A DNA stretch of 64,000 nt from an uncultured Syntrophaceae bacterium (GTDB taxonomy: Bacteria; Desulfobacterota; Syntrophia; Syntrophales; UBA2210), in assembly GCA_964394725.1 (NCBI GenBank), contig CAYMYS010000001.1:1763-65762 (forward strand). The letters are read 5' to 3'. Positions 1 to 9,087 of the stretch are shown here, in pieces. Positions within the stretch are counted from its first letter, which is position 1. Every line of letters starts with the position of its first letter. The translations under genes and the position numbers were made by a program. A model generated the notes under the pieces. The model was given only the letters and a program-made list of their open reading frames with translations. It ran no database searches and was not told the origin of the DNA.

Positions 1-38
1 CGGCGCAGGGGTTACCCACGCCCGAGGGCAAGACATAT

Positions 39-941
39 ATGGAAAAAACAGCACATCACATATTGAAGAAGCTTGAATTGAATCACAAGAGACGGGTGGC
101 ACTCTTCCACGCCGACGATGTTGCCATGTGCCACGGCGCCAATGCCGCCTTTGTTGAATTATCGAAGAGAGGGACTGTGACCTGCGGGTCAGTTATGGTC
201 CCCTGTCCCGGTTTCACGGAGATGGCTGAGATGGCCGCAGAAGATCACACGCTTGACGTGGGCGTCCATCTGACACTGACCAGCGAATGGCAGACCTACC
301 GTTGGACACCAATCACCACAACGAAAAGAAGTTCTGGGCTCATCGATGCGGAGGGCTACTTCTGGCGAAAACTTCCCATGCTTGCCGCAAATTGCGTTCC
401 CGAGGCCGCCGAAATTGAGATGCGCGCCCAGATAGACAGCGCCCTGTCCAGCGGGATAGACATAACCCATATCGACACGCATATGGGTGCGGCACTCCTC
501 CCTCAACTGGTGGAGATCTATCTGCGTCTCGGCAGCGAATACCGACTGCCCGTCCTGATCCCTCGACATATTGGAGACTACCTTTCCGTCCTCGACTTCG
601 GAGAAATTCGTGCCGACAGATACAGAAACCTGATCGAAGGACTTGAGGCGCAGGATTACCCGCTGGTGGATCACTTCCGCATGACACCGGGAGTCCCCTC
701 GATAGAGAGCGACTGGGCATACCGGGATCTGATCAGAGGACTCCCTGACGGTCTCACCTTTGTCGCCGTCCACCCCACAGTGAGCGGTGAGATAGAAAGG
801 ATTGTCCCCGCAAAGGCCCACTTTCGCACCGACGAATACCGCATTTTCTCCGATCCTCAATACGCGCAATTATTAGAGGAAGAAGAAATCGCTACCATAG
901 GATTCCGCCCTCTGCGAGACATCCTGCGCAGGGATAAATAA
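39..941 (+). CDS. ChbG/HpnK (YdjC) family carbohydrate deacetylase
   Basis: 300-aa ORF. 'ALFHADDVAMCHG' near the N-terminus and 'ITHIDTHMG' later fit the YdjC-family metal-site pattern as I recall it. Confidence 0.6.
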   Translation: MEKTAHHILKKLELNHKRRVALFHADDVAMCHGANAAFVELSKRGTVTCGSVMVPCPGFTEMAEMAAEDHTLDVGVHLTLTSEWQTYRWTPITTTKRSSGLIDAEGYFWRKLPMLAANCVPEAAEIEMRAQIDSALSSGIDITHIDTHMGAALLPQLVEIYLRLGSEYRLPVLIPRHIGDYLSVLDFGEIRADRYRNLIEGLEAQDYPLVDHFRMTPGVPSIESDWAYRDLIRGLPDGLTFVAVHPTVSGEIERIVPAKAHFRTDEYRIFSDPQYAQLLEEEEIATIGFRPLRDILRRDK

Positions 942-1227
942 GGACGACAAATCTGTAAAAGCAACCACACCGAATAAAGGTGTTTTTAGCAGTTGTGCAC
1001 GCATATCCTTTCGGAATTTTGCATGCAGCTTCTGAGAGGTTGCAAGTATGGCCCATGATAGAGAGGTAATAGTTGCCGATTGGAAATAGCGTTTGACAAC
1101 AGGCCTTTGTCTGATGTATCCACTCTTGGGGGGAGATAAGCATGACATCATCCAGCCTAAGAACATCTGCATTTTGGGACAACCACCATCGTGGATCGAT
1201 AGGTGATTTTCTCAAAGGTAAGATCTG

Positions 1228-2697
1228 ATGGCTGATCTCAAAGCGCTCATAAAACAGGGTGAAGGCATTGCCGTTGAATTCAAGGAATGCCGGCGCACCC
1301 TGAGCCGGGATGTGTATGAGACCGTCTGCGCCTTCCTCAACCGTCACGGCGGAAACCTGCTGCTTGGGATAAGTGACGCCGGTACAGTGACTGGGGTTGA
1401 CCCCGACTGCGTGGAGCAGATTAAGCGAGACTTTGTAACGGCTATCAATAATCCGCAAAAGATCGATCCGGCTTATTATCTATCCGTTGATGAAATCCAT
1501 ATTGACGGGAAAGCCGTACTTCGCATTTTTGTTCCGGAGAGCTCTCAGGTACACCACTGTAACGGACGCATCTTCGACAGGAATGAAGACGGGGATTTGG
1601 ATATTACAGACCATACCATGCAGGTCGCCAGCCTTTATCATCGCAAGCAGACCACCTACTCAGAGAATAAGGTGTATCCCCATGTCGGGCTAAACGACTT
1701 GCGAACCGATTTAATCGCTCGCTGTCGTAAATTGGCCGGAGTTTGGACTGACGGTCACCCGTGGTCTCAGATGGACGACCTTGATCTAATCCAAAGCTCC
1801 CAACTCTACCAGACCGATACCGAAACCAAAAAGAGTGGCATTACCCTCGCAGGCATTCTTCTGCTGGGCACCGATCAGCTCATTCTTTCAACAGTACCGC
1901 ATCACCGTACTGATCTGATCTTGCGCAAGGTCAACCTGGACAGTTACGATGACCGGGACCTGGTCCGAACCAACCTGATCGAGAGTTATGATCGAATTAT
2001 TGCCTTTGTACAAAAACACCTGCCTGATCCGTTTTTCCTGGAGGGCATTGATCGCATCAGTATCCGCGACGCAATCTTTCGCGAAGTAGCCTCTAACATC
2101 CTGATCCACCGGGAATATACCAATGCTTTTCCAGCCAAACTGATCATCGAATACGGAAAGGTTCGTACCGAGAACAGCAACAAACCACACGGCTTCGGGG
2201 TTCTCAATCCGACCACATTTACGCCGTTCCCCAAAAACCCGGTGATCGGCGCTTTTTTCCGAGAGATTCACCGCGCTGACGAGTTAGGCTCCGGCATGCG
2301 AAAGTTGATGAAATACGGCAAAGCCTATGGTGGACATGATCCCCAGATGGTCGAAGGAGATGTGTTTCGGATCGTTATTCAGGTGCCGGAATTTGGTGCG
2401 ATAGCACCTCAACGCGTCCCCTTGAAGCCAGCGTCAGGGGCCCAGTCAGGAGCCCAGTCAGGGGCCCAGTCAGAAACAATTCTTCAGGCTCTTGAGGAAC
2501 GTCCCCTTTCAGCAAATGAACTGACTAAAACTCTGGAGTTGAAAAGCAAAACGGGAGCCTTTAAGCGCATGATCAAAGAGTTGTTGGACAGGAAGCTTAT
2601 TGAATACACCATTCCCGATAAACCCAACAGCCGTCTCCAGCAGTACCGACTGACTGATGCAGGGCGGGCGATAGTGAAGGATAAAGGCGGAAAGTGA
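1228..2697 (+). CDS. AlbA_2/Schlafen-type DNA-binding protein with HATPase_c_4-like core and C-terminal winged HTH (family often annotated 'RecG-like' regulator)
   Basis: N-terminus 'GEGIAVEFKECRR..LNRHGGNLLLGISDAGTVTGV'. Centre 'REVASNILIHREY..ADELGSGMRKLMKYG'. C-terminus 'LSANELTKTLELKSKTGAFKRMIKELLDRKLIEY'. The stop overlaps the next gene's start (GTGA). Confidence 0.75.
   Translation: MADLKALIKQGEGIAVEFKECRRTLSRDVYETVCAFLNRHGGNLLLGISDAGTVTGVDPDCVEQIKRDFVTAINNPQKIDPAYYLSVDEIHIDGKAVLRIFVPESSQVHHCNGRIFDRNEDGDLDITDHTMQVASLYHRKQTTYSENKVYPHVGLNDLRTDLIARCRKLAGVWTDGHPWSQMDDLDLIQSSQLYQTDTETKKSGITLAGILLLGTDQLILSTVPHHRTDLILRKVNLDSYDDRDLVRTNLIESYDRIIAFVQKHLPDPFFLEGIDRISIRDAIFREVASNILIHREYTNAFPAKLIIEYGKVRTENSNKPHGFGVLNPTTFTPFPKNPVIGAFFREIHRADELGSGMRKLMKYGKAYGGHDPQMVEGDVFRIVIQVPEFGAIAPQRVPLKPASGAQSGAQSGAQSETILQALEERPLSANELTKTLELKSKTGAFKRMIKELLDRKLIEYTIPDKPNSRLQQYRLTDAGRAIVKDKGGK
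2434..2472 (+). repeat. In-frame 12-nt tandem repeat (about 3.25 units) encoding (GAQS)3 linker
   Basis: tcaggggcccag / tcaggagcccag / tcaggggcccag / tca, read directly. It lies between the ATPase-like core and the wHTH of the 1228..2697 ORF. Confidence 0.9.
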
Positions 2698-3413
2698 AAG
2701 GATTAACAAGGGTGGTTATCAAACAGAGAAAAAAATCAAAAGGTATCGTTTCTTGGCCCAAGACAGAGCGCCCACGTGAAAAATTGCTCCATTCAGGTCC
2801 AGAGCCGCTATCGGATGGAGAGTTGATGGCGGTTTTACTGCGGATTGGGAAAGCGGGACAATCGGCTGAGGATTTGGGGCGGCACCTGTTGGCAACGTTT
2901 AAGGGCATCAGCGGGATTGATCGCGCCCACATTGAAGAATTGATGACTGTTCCGGGTATGGGCATCGCCAAGACTGCCCAGCTAAAGGCTGCTATCGAAA
3001 TCGGCAAAAGAGTAAGGATGCAAAACGCACAGCCAAAGAGTTTCAATGATGCGGCGGATGTGGCCACCTATATCCGGCCACGTTTTGAAGGCAAGCGCCA
3101 GGAATCCTTTTTATCAATCCTCCTGGACGGCCAGAACCGTTTGATTGCGGAAAGGGTTATTACTGAAGGCATCCCGACGCAAGCCACGGTCTATGTTCGA
3201 CGGGTGATGGAAGAAGCCTTGCGGGTATCGGCAAGCGCTTTCATAGTAGCCCACAACCATCCTTCAGGCCACCCTGCCCCCTCGCCCGCAGATGACCAGA
3301 CTACACAAGACCTCAAACAAGCCGCCGTTCTTTTGAATTTGGTATTTCAGGACCACATCATCATCGGCAGTGGGAATAATTATTACAGTTATGCTGAAAA
3401 CGACAAATTATGA
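2694..3413 (+). CDS. radC: RadC-like JAB/MPN domain protein (UPF0758)
   Basis: 'ERPREKLL' N-terminal box, HhH-like 'LMTVPGMGIAKTAQLKAAIEIGKR', and JAB motif 'VAHNHPSGHPAPSPADD'. GTG start overlaps the upstream stop. Confidence 0.85.
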   Translation: MKGLTRVVIKQRKKSKGIVSWPKTERPREKLLHSGPEPLSDGELMAVLLRIGKAGQSAEDLGRHLLATFKGISGIDRAHIEELMTVPGMGIAKTAQLKAAIEIGKRVRMQNAQPKSFNDAADVATYIRPRFEGKRQESFLSILLDGQNRLIAERVITEGIPTQATVYVRRVMEEALRVSASAFIVAHNHPSGHPAPSPADDQTTQDLKQAAVLLNLVFQDHIIIGSGNNYYSYAENDKL

Positions 3414-3432
3414 ACAAGGTTGGGAGTGATAC

Positions 3433-5655
3433 ATGCCAAAAAAGAGCTATGTCAAGGCAGATGAAATTCAAATAAAAGGCAATAAAATCTTCAGCCCGGT
3501 GCGACAAAAATGGCTGCCGCTGACCCCGGAAGAGCGGGTTCGGCAAGCATATCTAACTGTTTTGATAGAAGAATATGGGTATAGCATCGATCAAATATCC
3601 GAGGAGGTGGATGTCTCGGGACGTGGAAGCGCTCAGTCACGGGCCGATTTTGTCATATGGCGCAGTGTTCAGGATAAGATCGATCAAAAAGCGCCGTTTA
3701 TTATCGTGGAGTGCAAATCCGATAATGTGACCATCAAGACCCAGGATTATGCCCAGGGCGAACATTATGCGCGGATGACCGACGCGCCTTTTTTTGTCAC
3801 CCACAACTCGCGGGAAACCAAGTACTGGCGGGTCAAAAAAGACCGGATGCCGGGCTATATCGAAGAGATCGAGAACATCCCTCATGCCGATGCCACGGAC
3901 AAGGAAGTTAAAGAATTATTCTCCAAGCTCAGGGTTTTTAAAGAAAAAGAGTTCGCCGACCTGCTGCACCAATGCCATAACGTGATCCGTAACCGTGAAA
4001 AAAAAGACCCGGCGGCAGCTTTTGATGAAATCGCAAAAATTCTTTTTGTCAAAGTCTACGTGGAGCGAAAGCTGCTCACTCGCCGCAGCAAGGAAAACCT
4101 CTTTACCGTGGATGTGCTCAATCGGCAGATTGCTGAAAATCCCCTGGACACCCTGTTTCAGGAAACCAGGAAATCCTATTCCATGGATAAAATTTTTGAC
4201 GATGACGAACGTATCAACTTAAAACCAGCCACGGGCGAAGAAATTGTGCGTAAGCTGGAGAAATACAATCTCTCCGATACCAGCGAGGACATTAAGGGAG
4301 TGGCCTTTGAGCGTTTTTTAGGACGAACCTTTAGGGGGGATATTGGTCAATTTTTCACCCCTCGAACCATCGTGGAATTCATGGTCCACATGATCGACCC
4401 CCATGAAGGTGAGGTGGTCTGCGATCCGGCCAGCGGGTCCGGCGGATTCCTGATTCGCGTGTTCGAGATCGTGCGGGAAAAAATCCTAGCCGATGCCGAC
4501 AAGCAGTACAACGCCTATCGCACGAAAGTAGAAAAGGAGCAACCCCTGACCAATACCAAACGGGCCAAACTGCTTCAGGAAAAATATGATGAGATCCAGC
4601 AGACCATCGATCAAACCAACGAGGGCTCGCGCCTCTGGAATTTGGCCAACCGCTGCATCTTCGGCACGGACGCCAACGACCGCATGGCTCGCACCAGCAA
4701 AATGAACATGATCATGCACGGCGATGGCCACGGCGGGGTCCACCACCATGATGGATTCTTGAACGTCAACGGTATCTTTGAAACCCGCTTTGATATCGTC
4801 ATGACCAATCCCCCCTTTGGCGCCAATGTGGAACCCTCGGACAAGGTGCTGGAATCCGATATCGAAGTCACCGCTACGGACGAACGTCGCTATGTGCGTG
4901 AATTCGGGGAGCCTTACAAAGAAGCCCAGGCGCGGGTGAAGGCCGCCATAAACCGGCCTATCGCCAGCCTCTTTGACCTGCCCAAGAGTGAAAAATCTAA
5001 AATAAAAACCGAAATCCTGTTTATCGAGCGTTGCCTGGATCTGCTCAAACCCGGAGGCCGCATGGGCATCGTTCTCCCTGAAGGGGTTTATAACAACCCT
5101 TCCCTGACCTATGTGCGTCAATTCGTCGAAGACCGGGCCTATCTCAAGGCTGTTGTCAGCCTTCCGCAGGAGACGTTTATCTCATCCGGCGCCAGCGTCA
5201 AAGCCTCGCTGCTTTTTCTCCAGAAATATAGCGATGAGGAAAAAGTGCAGTTCGATCAGATTGATGCAACAGCCAAAGCGGAGATTGCAGCCAAATATGC
5301 TGATGAGATCGCGACTGAAACCCGGCGGCTTGAAGATGCGATTGGAGTAGCAAAAGAAAACAAAGATACCGAGAGCCGAAAAACGCTTCAAAAGGAGCTG
5401 AAAGATTACATCAAGCAGATGGAGGAAAAAAAGGCCGCCGAATCCCGGCAGCTTTTAAAAGAGCGCTTTGATTACCCCATTTTTATGTATGAGGCGGAAA
5501 AAGTCGGTATATCCGCCACAGGTGAAGAAGATCAAAATGAACTCTATCCCAATGATAACAAGCCGGAAGGGATCGAAAAGACATGCTTAGAGTGGTATCG
5601 GGAGTTTTTGTTAGACCCCACGGCATTTGTTGAGGCGGGAGGGGCGGAAGAATGA
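3433..5655 (+). CDS. N6-adenine DNA methyltransferase (gamma-class, HsdM-like) fused to an N-terminal HsdR_N-type PD-(D/E)xK nuclease-like domain
   Basis: 740 aa. N-terminus 'RADFVIW...PFIIVECKSDN' gives a D...ExK pattern. AdoMet motif 'VCDPASGSGGFLI'. Catalytic motif 'VMTNPPFGAN'. C-terminal coiled-coil-like K/E-rich segment. Confidence 0.8.
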   Translation: MPKKSYVKADEIQIKGNKIFSPVRQKWLPLTPEERVRQAYLTVLIEEYGYSIDQISEEVDVSGRGSAQSRADFVIWRSVQDKIDQKAPFIIVECKSDNVTIKTQDYAQGEHYARMTDAPFFVTHNSRETKYWRVKKDRMPGYIEEIENIPHADATDKEVKELFSKLRVFKEKEFADLLHQCHNVIRNREKKDPAAAFDEIAKILFVKVYVERKLLTRRSKENLFTVDVLNRQIAENPLDTLFQETRKSYSMDKIFDDDERINLKPATGEEIVRKLEKYNLSDTSEDIKGVAFERFLGRTFRGDIGQFFTPRTIVEFMVHMIDPHEGEVVCDPASGSGGFLIRVFEIVREKILADADKQYNAYRTKVEKEQPLTNTKRAKLLQEKYDEIQQTIDQTNEGSRLWNLANRCIFGTDANDRMARTSKMNMIMHGDGHGGVHHHDGFLNVNGIFETRFDIVMTNPPFGANVEPSDKVLESDIEVTATDERRYVREFGEPYKEAQARVKAAINRPIASLFDLPKSEKSKIKTEILFIERCLDLLKPGGRMGIVLPEGVYNNPSLTYVRQFVEDRAYLKAVVSLPQETFISSGASVKASLLFLQKYSDEEKVQFDQIDATAKAEIAAKYADEIATETRRLEDAIGVAKENKDTESRKTLQKELKDYIKQMEEKKAAESRQLLKERFDYPIFMYEAEKVGISATGEEDQNELYPNDNKPEGIEKTCLEWYREFLLDPTAFVEAGGAEE

Positions 5656-7049
5656 GTGCCGCTGTGATTTCCAAGAGGCCAATTTGTCTATATTGGTCCG
5701 AAGTTGAGAAATGGACACCCACTTTAAGTCTTCTAAGGTTTGGTAAGCTTCCTGATGAATGGCAACTGCTGCCTGTTTATAAGTTCGCGACTCAGATTGA
5801 CAGCAAAGAGCGAGTTGCGCCTAATACCGAATATCAGATGGCCGGAGTCAAGTGGTATGGTGAGGGGGTTTTTCATCGGGAAACAGTTTTGGGCAAAGAA
5901 CAAAGTGCAAACTACCTTCATTCGTTAAAGCCTGGTTGCATCATTTACAACCGGCTCTTCGCATGGAAGGAATCTTTTGCTGTGGTTCCTGAAAATTTTG
6001 TCGGTTTTTACGTTTCCAATGAATTCCCTCAATTTGAGCTAAACAATTCTGTTGCACTGACCGAGTATATTTATTTGCTCTTTACCTCCAAGAAGGTCAT
6101 TAAGGCTGTCAATGCCGCATCGATAGGTTCGGCAGCTATAAGCAGAAACCGTTTTAAAGAATCTGATTTTTTTGGCTTCAAGGTTCCCATCCCGCCGTTG
6201 GCCGTTCAGCGAAAGATTGTGGCGTATTGGAGATCGGCCAAGCAGAGAATTGAAGCTCAGTTTTATAGGATCAGCAAAGCAGAAAGCGAAATCTCCAAGG
6301 AAATATTGGCCTCTGCAGCTGTTCAAATAAATCCAGGTGAACGATTGCCAAAAATTATGGCTAAACGTTTTAAAAAACTCGATAGATGGGGTGTCGAATT
6401 TAATCGGTATTCTTGGACTCTTGGCAACCTAATAATCGGATCAAGTTATGCTTGCAAACAGTTATCGGATTTCGCTTGGGTGAATCCTTCCACTGAAATA
6501 AATCTGGACCTTTCAGATGAGGTCTCTTTCATCCCAATGGAATCTGTTGACGGTAAAGAAGGAAGAATAACTGCGCCGCAAGAAAGAAAGGTTAAGCGGG
6601 TCAATTCAGGGTATACACGCTTCCAGGAAGGGGATATTCTGTGGGCAAAAATTACTCCTTGTATGCAGAATGGCAAATCTGCCATCGCAAATAATCTGAT
6701 AAATGGAATAGGTTTTGGTTCAACAGAGTTCCACGTCATAAGAAGCAAAAATACATCAATAATAAAAAACGAGTTCATTCATTTAATACTTCGGTTAACG
6801 GAAGTCCGCAAGGCAGCCATGCGCTATTTCGTAGGTTCTGCGGGACAGCAACGAGTTCCAAAAGATTTTCTCGAAGGTTTATATATCCCCATTCCACCAC
6901 TGCAGGTTCAATTAGATATTTTGGATAAAGTCGGCATAGAAAAATTTAATATCGAAAAAGAGCGAAGTGATATGCGTCAAGAAAGAATTTCTTTAGAAAA
7001 GGATATGGAACAAATAATTCTCGGCCTCCGCCCCGTGGAGGAAATTTGA
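5652..7049 (+). CDS. hsdS: Restriction-modification specificity subunit (HsdS-type, two target-recognition domains)
   Basis: 465 aa. Duplicated conserved spacer helices 'FKVPIPPLAVQRKIVAYW' and 'LYIPIPPLQVQLDILDKV'. ATGA start/stop overlap with the methyltransferase gene. Confidence 0.8.
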   Translation: MSAAVISKRPICLYWSEVEKWTPTLSLLRFGKLPDEWQLLPVYKFATQIDSKERVAPNTEYQMAGVKWYGEGVFHRETVLGKEQSANYLHSLKPGCIIYNRLFAWKESFAVVPENFVGFYVSNEFPQFELNNSVALTEYIYLLFTSKKVIKAVNAASIGSAAISRNRFKESDFFGFKVPIPPLAVQRKIVAYWRSAKQRIEAQFYRISKAESEISKEILASAAVQINPGERLPKIMAKRFKKLDRWGVEFNRYSWTLGNLIIGSSYACKQLSDFAWVNPSTEINLDLSDEVSFIPMESVDGKEGRITAPQERKVKRVNSGYTRFQEGDILWAKITPCMQNGKSAIANNLINGIGFGSTEFHVIRSKNTSIIKNEFIHLILRLTEVRKAAMRYFVGSAGQQRVPKDFLEGLYIPIPPLQVQLDILDKVGIEKFNIEKERSDMRQERISLEKDMEQIILGLRPVEEI

Positions 7050-7179
7050 GATGCCCACTGCAAGTCAACCTATTAAATTAGAAGGCTAATTTGCCGCATC
7101 GACCGGGCAAGGGGTTTCGTGGAGGCGGCAACGTTGTCTTAAAACAGGGTTCTCGAAATAAGCAACCAGGATTTAACCA

Positions 7180-9087
7180 ATGCCGAAAAAGAAAAGACCA
7201 CTGGATCGGTTTTCCGATCTGACTTGGAACGATATTGAAGAATGGGCCGACGGAAAAATTGCCTCCCGGGGCAGAAGCTATCAACGGCAGGGACGTGTTT
7301 CCGATCTGGCCGTGACAGACGACGGTAGCCTGATTGCCTGGGTCGATGGAACGGAACGCTATGCCACCAGAGTGGTCTTGGATGAAGACGGCCTGCCGGA
7401 TTCGATCTGCACCTGTCCTTATGAATTCGACTGCAAACACGGCGTGGCCGTGGTGATGGAATACCTTGAGCGGGTCGAAAACAACGGGCCCCTTCCTAAA
7501 GTCAAAGAGGATGACGAGCGCCTGGAACTGTTGGAAGACGATGATTGGGATGATGAAGGATCTGATGATGAAAACGCTATACCCGAGGATATTAGACAGG
7601 ATATCGACGATTTTCTAAAGGGAAAGACCAAAGATCAACTCATCGAACTGATCCATGATCTTGCCGAACAGTATCCTGAGATGGCAAGAGAACTATCCGA
7701 CCGCAAGCAGCTTATTTCCGGGAATACACAAATGCTGGTGACACGCCTTCGTAAAGAGATCAATGACATCGGCAGTGAACCCGGCTGGCGGAACCACTGG
7801 AATGATGATGGATACACACCGGACTATTCGGGAATTCGAAAAAAGCTTGAAACACTGCTCAAGTCGGGGCACGCCGACGAGGTGCTGACTCTGGGCCGGG
7901 AGCTTGTGTCTACCGGCACCCGCCAGGTGGAGGAAAGCCACGATGAGGGCGAAACGGGCATGGAGATTGCCGTCTGCATGCCGGTGATCGTCGAGGCATT
8001 GGATAAGTCCTCTCTTGACAGCGCCGACAGACTGGACTGGGCGCTGGACGCAGTGTTGAAAGATCAGTTCGAGGTGTGCGAAGCCTTTGCAGAATATCTT
8101 CACCGGCGGCAATCCAAAACAGCCTGGGACGTATTGGCTGATCGTCTGCTTACTCGCTTGAAGGGTCTGAAACCCGCCGGAGGGACCGACGATTTCAGCC
8201 TCAACTACGAACGTGACCAACTCAGTAACTGGGCCATCCATGCCCTGGAACAATCGGAACGTGATAAGGAGATTATTCCATTATGTGAAACTGAAACGGC
8301 AAAGACGGTCAGTTACGACCGCCTGGTCCGGCTTTTAATGGATGACAAGCGCTATGAAGATGCCGAGCACTGGATTCAGGAGGGAATTCAGGCCACGAAA
8401 GAAAGGTGGCCCGGCATCGCCGCAAGCCTGCGCGACAAATTGCGTGAAATTCGTACCTTTGAAAAGAACTGGCCTGCGGTGGCGGCGATGTGGATCGAAG
8501 ACTTCGTGCAACGTCCTTCGCAACGGACTTTCACAGAATGCAGGAAAGCCTGCGGCAAAGCCAAGGTCTGGCCGAAGGTGCGCGAATATCTGTTGCGATA
8601 CCTCGAAAAAGGCGAACTGCCCTGGAAGCAGAAGGACTGGTCCCTTCCGGAAACCGGCCAGAACGTGACGGGAAGGGAACGAAAAGACCAATTCCCTCTG
8701 GTGGGTGACCTGATTGACATCGCCATTTTGGAGAAAAAACCGGAGCAGGTGCTGCACTGGTACGATCGACGGCCAAAACAACAATTTGGTTGGTATGGCA
8801 TTGACGAAGATAAGATTGCATCGGCAGTCCGGGAACACGCGCCGGATAGAGCAGTGGAAATATGGAAACACAAAGCGGAAGGGCTGATCGCCCAGGTCAA
8901 GCCCAAGGCCTACCGGGAAGCGGCACAATACCTTCGCAAAGCGGGAGACGTCATGTCAAAGCAGAATAAACAGCCACAGTGGGACCAGTACCTGCGGGAT
9001 TTGAGGGAAGCGCATGCCCGGAAACGCAGCCTGATGGAAACATTGGATGGTCTGGTTGGAAAACCTATTGTGAATAAAAAACGCTGA
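7180..9087 (+). CDS. SWIM zinc-finger protein with acidic linker and long alpha-helical C-terminal region
   Basis: 'CTCPYEFDCKHGVAVVMEYL' matches the SWIM CxC..CxH signature. Acidic run 'LELLEDDDWDDEGSDDEN'. The remaining ~500 aa have a helical-repeat-like composition. Confidence 0.7.
   Translation: MPKKKRPLDRFSDLTWNDIEEWADGKIASRGRSYQRQGRVSDLAVTDDGSLIAWVDGTERYATRVVLDEDGLPDSICTCPYEFDCKHGVAVVMEYLERVENNGPLPKVKEDDERLELLEDDDWDDEGSDDENAIPEDIRQDIDDFLKGKTKDQLIELIHDLAEQYPEMARELSDRKQLISGNTQMLVTRLRKEINDIGSEPGWRNHWNDDGYTPDYSGIRKKLETLLKSGHADEVLTLGRELVSTGTRQVEESHDEGETGMEIAVCMPVIVEALDKSSLDSADRLDWALDAVLKDQFEVCEAFAEYLHRRQSKTAWDVLADRLLTRLKGLKPAGGTDDFSLNYERDQLSNWAIHALEQSERDKEIIPLCETETAKTVSYDRLVRLLMDDKRYEDAEHWIQEGIQATKERWPGIAASLRDKLREIRTFEKNWPAVAAMWIEDFVQRPSQRTFTECRKACGKAKVWPKVREYLLRYLEKGELPWKQKDWSLPETGQNVTGRERKDQFPLVGDLIDIAILEKKPEQVLHWYDRRPKQQFGWYGIDEDKIASAVREHAPDRAVEIWKHKAEGLIAQVKPKAYREAAQYLRKAGDVMSKQNKQPQWDQYLRDLREAHARKRSLMETLDGLVGKPIVNKKR

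Noticed and set aside
873-1458. Minus-strand ORFs 873..1172 and 892..1458 in the ydjC/AlbA_2 spacer as a possible integrase or toxin remnant marking the island border.
   Set aside because: I could recognise no motifs. 892..1458 overlaps the well-supported AlbA_2 gene start. No flanking direct repeats or att-like sites were found.
3433-7049. Simple annotation as an incomplete Type I R-M system (hsdM plus hsdS with hsdR lost).
   Set aside because: The methyltransferase carries its own N-terminal PD-(D/E)xK HsdR_N-like domain in place of the HsdM N-domain, so a self-contained nuclease-methylase plus S architecture fits better. The simpler reading stays possible until it is tested.
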